Shown: piece by piece, positions 1 through 6,417 of the stretch
Position numbering within the stretch: position 1 is the first letter of the stretch
Layout of the letters: every line of letters begins with the position of its first letter
Source of the DNA: Promethearchaeota archaeon
GTDB taxonomy: Archaea > Asgardarchaeota > Lokiarchaeia > Sigyniarchaeales > SOKP01
Direction of reading: 5' to 3'
Assembly: GCA_016840165.1 (NCBI GenBank)
Contig: JAEOSU010000104.1
Span: forward strand, 1 to 11,057
DNA length: 11,057 bases
The notes under the pieces: model-generated
Databases searched by the model: none
The model's input: the letters and a program-made list of their open reading frames with translations, nothing else
Told to the model about the DNA's origin: nothing
Program-made: the position numbers and the translations under genes

Positions 1-92
1 AAAGATAGTAGTATTTCTCAATATTTTTTATAAAGATTATGCAAAAGATATAATTAGTATTGTATTAATTAATTAAGAATATCAGATAAGAA

Positions 93-1544
93 ATGTTTAA
101 AATGGAGTTAAACAAGCTTTTCAAACCGAAATCAATGGCTGTTGTAGGCATTTCAAAAAAAAATCCATTAAGCCCTGGTAGAATAGTGATGCTAAAAAAT
201 GAATTTGAAATGCAAGTAAAAGTCTATGGGATTTATCCTACTGGAGGTGAGATTGAGGGAATTCAATTATATGAACGATTGGATAAATTACCTGAAATTC
301 CAGATCTTTTAGTTATTGCAGTTGGTCCTGATGATACCTTAGATTATATTCAACAATGTGCAGACCTAAATATCCCCTCAGCAGTTATCATAGGAGGGGG
401 TTTTGCGGAGATTGGGATAAAAGGGAAAAAAAGGCAAGATAAGCTGGAAAAGATTGCTTTTGAAAACAATATTGCTGTTCTTGGTCCTAATTGCCTTGGA
501 GTTTATGCCCCTCCCTTAGTAGATACAATCTTTTTACCTACTGAGAGAATTACCAAACCACCAAAGGGTTCAGTCGCACTTATTAGTCAAAGTGGCGGGG
601 TTCTCGTTGATCAATTTTTTGTAAAGTTCAAAGAACGAAACATTGGAGTATCCACAGCAGTTTCAATTGGTAACCGGGCAGTTGTTGATGAGGTTATGCT
701 CCTTGAATATTTTAGTAAAGTAGACCCAGAGACTTCAAATATTGCATTTTATTTGGAAGGTTTCAAGGAAGGTCGCGCACGAGAATTTTTAAAATTCGCC
801 CGAGAATCCGAGGACACCGTAATAATGTTTTTTGGCGGAAAGACTCGTGAAGGAAAAGTTGCCACCCTCTCCCATACAGCGAGTTTAGCAGGTAATTACA
901 AAATACAATATTCCGCATTACGACAAAACCTTGTAATTCAACCCCATTCGGAACGGGAGTTGTTAACTAGTTTAAAAGTATTTGATGTTTTATCTCATCG
1001 TAAAAATCCATTTGGAGATAATGTAGTCACCTACGGAGATGTGGTCATTCTTTCTGTTTCGGGGGGTCATGGTGTCATTGCTGCCGATATGCTTAAAAGT
1101 TATGGTTTAAATCGCGTGGATTTTACTAAAGAAGAAAAAGCGAAAATGAAAAAATTGATGAATCCTGTAGCGAGAGAGATTGCGTCTTTCAATAATCCTA
1201 TTGATTTAACTGGCTCCGTATTGGACACTGATATCGAAGATATGATACGTTATTTATCTGATATTGATCGAATAGAATGCATCATCTTGCTCTTGCTTCC
1301 ATATCCTCCCAATATTTCCTTTCAGATTGGAAGGAGAATTGCTAATGTGGTTGCCTCAAAAAAGAAGCCAGTAGTCTGTTTTGTGCCTTATGTCTCAAAA
1401 TATGAGATGATCATTGAATCATTAGAGTTAGCATATATCCCTGTATTTCATTCCATAAAAGAGACGGTTCAAGCGGTCTCAGCACTTAAACATCGTACAA
1501 GGGTAGATAATGTTAAAAAAGGGAATATATTTTGGGAGAAATGA
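93..1544 (+). CDS. acdA: Acyl-CoA synthetase (NDP-forming, ACD) alpha subunit / CoA-binding protein
   Basis: 483-aa ORF. N-terminal LFKPKSMAVVG CoA-binding Rossmann start, IPDLLVIAV, GGGFAE, LGPNCLG, VALISQSGG, VSIGN, FYLEG, the phospho-His motif SHTASLAG (H261, 873-875), second ligase domain SGGHGVIAAD and NNPIDLTG. No ATP-grasp (beta) domain. Start could be ATG 93 or ATG 102. Confidence 0.9.
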   Translation: MFKMELNKLFKPKSMAVVGISKKNPLSPGRIVMLKNEFEMQVKVYGIYPTGGEIEGIQLYERLDKLPEIPDLLVIAVGPDDTLDYIQQCADLNIPSAVIIGGGFAEIGIKGKKRQDKLEKIAFENNIAVLGPNCLGVYAPPLVDTIFLPTERITKPPKGSVALISQSGGVLVDQFFVKFKERNIGVSTAVSIGNRAVVDEVMLLEYFSKVDPETSNIAFYLEGFKEGRAREFLKFARESEDTVIMFFGGKTREGKVATLSHTASLAGNYKIQYSALRQNLVIQPHSERELLTSLKVFDVLSHRKNPFGDNVVTYGDVVILSVSGGHGVIAADMLKSYGLNRVDFTKEEKAKMKKLMNPVAREIASFNNPIDLTGSVLDTDIEDMIRYLSDIDRIECIILLLLPYPPNISFQIGRRIANVVASKKKPVVCFVPYVSKYEMIIESLELAYIPVFHSIKETVQAVSALKHRTRVDNVKKGNIFWEK

Positions 1545-1548
1545 TCTT

Positions 1549-1572
1549 TTAGTCTAGCAAAGACTAATTTTT
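1549..1572 (+). terminator. Putative stem-loop plus T-tract terminator (or operator) after acdA
   Basis: TTAGTCT (1549-1555), loop AGCAA, AGACTAA (1561-1567) form a perfect 7-bp inverted repeat followed by TTTTT (1568-1572). It starts 4 nt after the acdA stop codon. Confidence 0.45.
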
Positions 1573-1591
1573 AAAAATTAACAAATCACCT

Positions 1592-1624
1592 TTTATAAAA
1601 ATTATTATTACTATAACCAAGGAG
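1592..1624 (+). promoter_or_regulatory. TATA-like box and Shine-Dalgarno site upstream of the beta-hydroxyacid dehydrogenase
   Basis: TTTATAAA at 1592-1599 and AAGGAG at 1619-1624 just upstream of ATG 1630/1633. The same TTTATAAA octamer occurs at 27-34 upstream of acdA. Confidence 0.45.
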
Positions 1625-1629
1625 TTTAT

Positions 1630-2511
1630 ATGATGGAAGAAAAAATTGGATGGATTGGGACTGGTGTTATGGGAAAATCAATGTGTGCTCATTTATTAAA
1701 TGCAGGATATAAAATTTTCGTTTATAACCGAACGAAAGCAAAAGCTGAAGACTTAATCAATAATGGAGCTGTGTGGTGTTCAAATCCAAAGGAAGTAGCA
1801 GAAAAGAGCGATATTATATTTACTATTGTAGGATTTCCTAAAGATGTGGAAGAAGTATATCTTGGAGATAATGGAGTCCTAAAAGAAGCTCAACAAGGAT
1901 CTATTATCGTAGATATGACGACGTCCGAACCATCATTGGCGCAACATATATTTGAGCAAGCAAAACTCTTGGGAATCTCATCAATAGATGCCCCCGTATC
2001 AGGTGGGGATGTTGGTGCAAAGCAAGGAACTTTAGCTATTATGGCAGGTGGCGATAAAGAAACTTATGAAAAAGTTTTACCGCTCTTTCAGCTAATGGGA
2101 AAAAATATTGCTTACATGGGTAAAGCAGGTGCTGGACAACATACTAAGATGAGTAACCAGATTTTAATTGCATCAACAATGATAGGTGTAGTAGAGTCAC
2201 TACTATATGCTTATAAAGCGGGGAATGATTTACAAGAAGTAATTAATGTTATTGGAAAGGGAGCTGCTGGATGCTGGTCAATTAATAACTTAGGACCGAG
2301 AATCGTGAACAAAAATTTCGATCCGGGTTTCTTTATTAAACATTTTATCAAGGATATGGGAATCGCACTCAAAGAAGCAAAAGCAATGAGTCTCTCTTTA
2401 CCGGGATTAGCTCTGGCATACCAATTCTATATTGCGGCAGAAGCTTTAGGTTTAGAGAATCTTGGAACTCATGGGTTATATAAAGTTTTCGCAAAAATGA
2501 ATGCTGTTTAA
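1630..2511 (+). CDS. NAD(P)-dependent beta-hydroxyacid dehydrogenase (3-hydroxyisobutyrate dehydrogenase / tartronate semialdehyde reductase family)
   Basis: GWIGTGVMG dinucleotide-binding motif, VYNRTKAKA, VDMTTSEP, DAPVSGGDVGA substrate motif, catalytic-Lys motif GAGQHTKMSNQ, and C-terminal FDPGFFIKHFIKDMGIAL. AAGGAG ribosome-binding site upstream. Confidence 0.93.
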   Translation: MMEEKIGWIGTGVMGKSMCAHLLNAGYKIFVYNRTKAKAEDLINNGAVWCSNPKEVAEKSDIIFTIVGFPKDVEEVYLGDNGVLKEAQQGSIIVDMTTSEPSLAQHIFEQAKLLGISSIDAPVSGGDVGAKQGTLAIMAGGDKETYEKVLPLFQLMGKNIAYMGKAGAGQHTKMSNQILIASTMIGVVESLLYAYKAGNDLQEVINVIGKGAAGCWSINNLGPRIVNKNFDPGFFIKHFIKDMGIALKEAKAMSLSLPGLALAYQFYIAAEALGLENLGTHGLYKVFAKMNAV

Positions 2512-2534
2512 ACTACTTCTTTTCCTAAAAATAA

Positions 2535-3350
2535 TTAGGTTATATCGATTATACTATCAATTTTTTGTATAGATTTTTTAATAAATTCTCTATCTTCAAT
2601 TTTTATCTTGATTGCGTGTTGAGGACAAATATCAACACAGCGCCCACAAGCTCTGCATTCTTCACTAATATGAGCCATATTGTTGACAAGTGTTATTGCA
2701 TCAACAAAACATATTCCCTGCATACAGGTTCCACATCCTATACAATCCTCAGTTACATATACGTTTACTCCTTGCATCTTGTGAACTTTTTTACCTATCT
2801 TTGGATTTAATAGTGGTGAGATTCGCCAGAGGCAACAGCAAGGATCGCAATTACATATACTAAGTAGCTTATTTCCGGGATTTACTCCTAACCACTGTTT
2901 ATCTAGTCGATTCCTCCCAATCATATGAACTAACCCCGCTTCACTGCACTTTCTAATATGTTCTAAAGCTTCTTCTTTCGAAACAAGTCGACCTAATTCT
3001 GGATTAATGTAAAGAACCGCTTCCCCGAGAAAAAGACATCCTAAATCTATTGGATAATTCTGACATTTCATAGAAGCTCTACAAATGCAGAAATTCATAA
3101 TAAAATGATAGTTTGCCTTTTCTATGAAATATTCTAGTACCTGAGAGGGAAGAACCAGATCTTCTGGTCCGGGAACCTCTTGATTTATCTGAATTACACT
3201 ATCCTTAGTTAAGTAGATAATCTCGTCCCCCTCAAAGAGTAATAAATCAAAAAATTTTCCTAAAATGGGAATTCTAGTCAATTTCGCGATATTTTTAACA
3301 CCGGGAAATGCCTTTTTTAATAATTTCACAAACCAAAGGGGGCGAGCCAT
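2535..3350 (-). CDS. Cys-rich iron-sulfur protein with a C-terminal 2[4Fe-4S] ferredoxin domain
   Basis: C-terminal CIGCGTCMQGIC and CRACGRCVDICP ferredoxin motifs. The central domain carries CICR-x4-C-x8-C, GLVH and ICNCDPCCC. 18 Cys in 271 aa. Confidence 0.85.
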   Translation of the reverse strand: MARPLWFVKLLKKAFPGVKNIAKLTRIPILGKFFDLLLFEGDEIIYLTKDSVIQINQEVPGPEDLVLPSQVLEYFIEKANYHFIMNFCICRASMKCQNYPIDLGCLFLGEAVLYINPELGRLVSKEEALEHIRKCSEAGLVHMIGRNRLDKQWLGVNPGNKLLSICNCDPCCCLWRISPLLNPKIGKKVHKMQGVNVYVTEDCIGCGTCMQGICFVDAITLVNNMAHISEECRACGRCVDICPQHAIKIKIEDREFIKKSIQKIDSIIDIT

Positions 3351-3406
3351 GATAATTTTAAAACCTTCTATTGATTAAATAATTTTACTTTCAAACATGA
3401 TTCTTT

Positions 3407-4273
3407 TTATTCTTTCATGAGTTTATATACTCTGTTTATCTCGGGGATTATGATCTGAAATGATTTGTTCATATTCTTTAAATTTACCAAATCATCTGTT
3501 GATAGTGTATCATGAGAAAACATGCCAAAATGATGTACGATTAAATTCTTTATATTTGCTTCTTTGCATAAATCTAATGCTTCTTCTACTGTAAAGTTTC
3601 TAGCGAATTTTTTTTCTTTCCCCCGAATACTTTGTCCATTAATGGGTAATAATGCAATGTCTACTCCGATTTTTCTAAGTTTTTCAATTAAACCCTTATA
3701 GGGGACACATCCTCCGGAATGATAAATATTAACCCCATCAATATGTAATATATAACCTAAATAGGAATGTTCCCACCTTTCATTGATTTTGAATGATTCA
3801 TGAGCGGATGGAATAGCAGTAACATCAACTCTAGTATCAAGATTGATTGATTGATCAGCATTTATCGGTAACAATTGGCTCTTATTTATCCCATTTACAA
3901 TTGCTTGTTCAATTTCCGCAGCTGGAATAATGAATCTACATTCTGGAAAATTTTGGGAAAATACGGATAAAGTAAGAGGGTCCATATGATCCGAATGGGA
4001 ATGAGTAGAAAAAACAAAATCAACATTATTGAACTCCTTTGGTAAGATCGGAATCTCCATTAGTCTTTTATACGAAAATTCAATTCCATTATATTCTTTC
4101 GCGAGAGAATCAGATAAATAGGGATCAATTACATAGATTTTTCTATCAAATTTGATAATAAATCCTGCCTGTCCAATCCAAGCGATATCGATTCCTTCAG
4201 AGGAAATTTCCTCAGAATTTACAAATTTCTTTAAGGAACTAATAGTTAGAGTATCAATTCTAATACTATTCAC
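3407..4273 (-). CDS. Metallo-beta-lactamase-fold hydrolase, UlaG (L-ascorbate-6-phosphate lactonase)-like
   Basis: GTG start. WIGQAGF, VIDPYLS, THSHSDH (HxHxDH, H91-H96), PSAH, IYHSGG (canonically YHSGD), LLPING, VHHFGMF. Confidence 0.85.
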   Translation of the reverse strand: MNSIRIDTLTISSLKKFVNSEEISSEGIDIAWIGQAGFIIKFDRKIYVIDPYLSDSLAKEYNGIEFSYKRLMEIPILPKEFNNVDFVFSTHSHSDHMDPLTLSVFSQNFPECRFIIPAAEIEQAIVNGINKSQLLPINADQSINLDTRVDVTAIPSAHESFKINERWEHSYLGYILHIDGVNIYHSGGCVPYKGLIEKLRKIGVDIALLPINGQSIRGKEKKFARNFTVEEALDLCKEANIKNLIVHHFGMFSHDTLSTDDLVNLKNMNKSFQIIIPEINRVYKLMKE

Positions 4274-4374
4274 TTTATTTTCTATTGAGGTTAATTTGAA
4301 TTATAAAAGAATACCAATTTAATAGCTTTATAGTATTTAATTTAAATTAATATAGAATTTTAAATAATAATAAT

Positions 4375-5601
4375 GTGATAAGATTGGATGATCATGTTAA
4401 TTTTGAGGATTTAAATGTCGAATTAGGTTTCTCATGCATGCCCGACAGGTTGCACTATTTTAGTAAGGAAGAAAATGAATTTCGCATGGAATTACGCCAA
4501 TGGTGTAAAAATAATATAGGCCCTGTTGCTGAAAAGATAGATCGTGAGCGAAATAAGGAGTTAGCAGTCGAAACCTTAAAAAAAATGCCCTATCTCAATA
4601 TTATCATTCCAGAGGAGGTGGGTGGATTAGGAAAGGGTTTATTATATCGTACCATTCTTGGGGAAGAATTAACGGCATATAATTATGCTTTAGCAGGCAT
4701 CTTTGGAGCCTCATCTTGCTTGTTTGCTGGTCCGGTCATAGAATTTGGAACTTTAGAGCAAAAAAAGAAATTTCTTTCTGGGATTGCAGATGGAACAAAA
4801 ATCGGGGCTATTGGTATTACCGAGCCCACAGGGGGAAGTGATGCTATTGGAGGGATGCGCCTACGAGCAAAGAAAGATGGTGATTACTATGTACTGAATG
4901 GCCAAAAATGCTATATCACTAATGGTAGTGTAGCAGATTATATTTGTCTTTATGCAATCACAAATGATCAGGTAAGACCCCATCAAGGTATGACCGCATT
5001 CATTTTTGAAACTGATACTCCTGGATTTGAAGTCATAAAGGATTATAAACATATGGGCCGTCGGGGTATGCCGAATTCAAGATTGAAATTTAATGATTGT
5101 AAAGTTCCAGCAGAAAATGTATTACATCAAGAAAACCAAGGTTTAGATGTACTTCTATTCGGTCTTGATGGGGAAAGGACCTTTACCGCCTCTCAATATT
5201 TAGGTTTAGGAAGAAGTGCGTTTGAAGTCGCATATCGTTACTCTCATAAGCGTGAACAATTTAGAAAAACCTTATTTTCCTTTGAAGGAATTTCATTTAA
5301 ATTAAGCGAAATGTTTATGTCTCTTGAGCTAAATAGAATGGCAGTAACTCAGATTGCAAGGATGTTAGATGAAGGTCATAATGTTCGGGCTTCCGTAGCA
5401 GCCATTAAAGCGAGATTATCTGATGAAACTGTAAAAATAACACAAGATGCCATCCAAGTCGTGGGAGGTCTAGGCTACTCTGAAGAATATCCTTTAGAAC
5501 GCTATTATAGGGATGCGAAAATCGGGCAAATATCAGCAGGAACTTCAGAAATAATGAGGTATTTAATGGCGCGAGAAATGACACGAATGTGGGGGAAGTA
5601 A
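4375..5601 (+). CDS. Acyl-CoA dehydrogenase, isovaleryl-CoA dehydrogenase-type active-site arrangement
   Basis: GTG start (alternative ATG 4438). ITEPTGGSD, LNGQKCYITNG, REQF, AIQVVGGLGYSEEYPLERYYRDAKIGQISAGTSEIMR. Glu in GLDGER (E267) and Ala at the MCAD Glu376-equivalent site (ISAGT, A388). Confidence 0.93.
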   Translation: MIRLDDHVNFEDLNVELGFSCMPDRLHYFSKEENEFRMELRQWCKNNIGPVAEKIDRERNKELAVETLKKMPYLNIIIPEEVGGLGKGLLYRTILGEELTAYNYALAGIFGASSCLFAGPVIEFGTLEQKKKFLSGIADGTKIGAIGITEPTGGSDAIGGMRLRAKKDGDYYVLNGQKCYITNGSVADYICLYAITNDQVRPHQGMTAFIFETDTPGFEVIKDYKHMGRRGMPNSRLKFNDCKVPAENVLHQENQGLDVLLFGLDGERTFTASQYLGLGRSAFEVAYRYSHKREQFRKTLFSFEGISFKLSEMFMSLELNRMAVTQIARMLDEGHNVRASVAAIKARLSDETVKITQDAIQVVGGLGYSEEYPLERYYRDAKIGQISAGTSEIMRYLMAREMTRMWGK

Positions 5602-5609
5602 AGGGGGTG
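5602..5609 (+). promoter_or_regulatory. Shine-Dalgarno-like site between the acyl-CoA dehydrogenase and the crotonase
   Basis: AGGGGGTG within the 13-nt spacer between stop 5601 and ATG 5615, which suggests co-transcription. Confidence 0.5.
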
Positions 5610-5614
5610 TAATT

Positions 5615-6406
5615 ATGGCACATAAATTAGAGGTAACGATTGATAATAAGATTGCAATCATCACATTAACAGATCCTGAGAATTATAATCCTTTAAACCA
5701 AGAAACTGCAGTTGAATTGTTGAATGCGTTAGTCCATCTAAAAGATCAAGAGGAAATTCGGTGTGTATTAATAACTGGTTCCGGGAAAGCTTTTTCTGCA
5801 GGAGGAGATGTGAAAAAGTTTAAAAAAAGCATAGAGGATGGTACTCCTGGAAAATTAATGGACGATTTAACTAAAGATCTTTATCAAATAGCACATGAAC
5901 TACGATTGTATCCTAAACCAGTAATTGCAGCCGTAAATGGATGGGCTGTAGGAGCTGGAATGAATCTTGCATTATCATGTGATTTTATTATAGCTTCAGA
6001 GCAAGCAAAGTTTCGACAGTCATTCAGCAATCTTGCTCTTATTCCAGGATTTGCCGGGTCAATTTTATTGAGTCGACAGCTTACATGGCAACAAGCAACG
6101 GAGATGGCGTTTTTTGGTGAGACCTATACCGCTCAACAGATGAAAAATCTTGGTTTTGTGAATGAAATAGTTGAGTCTAGTAACTTAAAGGAGAGTGCTC
6201 TTGAATGGGCTCAACGTTTAGCTAATGGTCCAACTCTGACTTATGCTCGTACTAAAAAGCTCTTTTATGATGCTCTTAGTACTTCATTAGATAAACATCT
6301 CGAAGATGAGAGGCAGATGCAAATCAAGTCCGCAGAAACAGAAGATTATAAAATTGGGGTAAATGCAATTCTTTCAAAAAGTAAACCCGAGTTTATTGGG
6401 AAATGA
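5615..6406 (+). CDS. Enoyl-CoA hydratase/isomerase (crotonase) superfamily protein, PaaG-like
   Basis: ITLTDPENYNPL, LITGSGKAFSAGGD (oxyanion hole 1), PKPVIAAVNGWAVGAGMNLALSCD (oxyanion hole 2), AKFRQSFSNLALIP, LANGPT, and C-terminal TEDYKIGV...KPEFIGK. Confidence 0.92.
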   Translation: MAHKLEVTIDNKIAIITLTDPENYNPLNQETAVELLNALVHLKDQEEIRCVLITGSGKAFSAGGDVKKFKKSIEDGTPGKLMDDLTKDLYQIAHELRLYPKPVIAAVNGWAVGAGMNLALSCDFIIASEQAKFRQSFSNLALIPGFAGSILLSRQLTWQQATEMAFFGETYTAQQMKNLGFVNEIVESSNLKESALEWAQRLANGPTLTYARTKKLFYDALSTSLDKHLEDERQMQIKSAETEDYKIGVNAILSKSKPEFIGK

Positions 6407-6417
6407 ATTAATTATTT

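Noticed and set aside
1-21. Possible TTG start of a divergent upstream gene on the minus strand (MRNTTIF...)
   Set aside because: Only 7 codons are visible, which cannot be supported.
64-76. TTAA tandem/palindromic run upstream of acdA
   Set aside because: Low-complexity AT-only sequence, expected by chance in these intergenic regions.
1542-1574. TGA stop followed by a hairpin, suggesting selenocysteine or read-through
   Set aside because: The ACD alpha subunit is already complete, read-through adds only about 10 residues before TAA, and the hairpin does not resemble a SECIS.
2565-2810. 81-aa + strand ORF
   Set aside because: Antisense shadow lying wholly inside the ferredoxin-domain gene, with no recognisable motifs.
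4861-5623. 63-aa (4861-5052) and 72-aa (5405-5623) minus-strand ORFs
   Set aside because: Antisense to the well-supported acyl-CoA dehydrogenase and crotonase genes, with no family motifs.
3710-6049. Both missing catalytic Asp residues are encoded by GGA, hinting at codon reassignment or editing
   Set aside because: GGA encodes conserved glycines elsewhere in the window (e.g. AVGAG at 5951-5959 and LGFG at 8520-8528), so the standard code holds. Coincidence is most likely.
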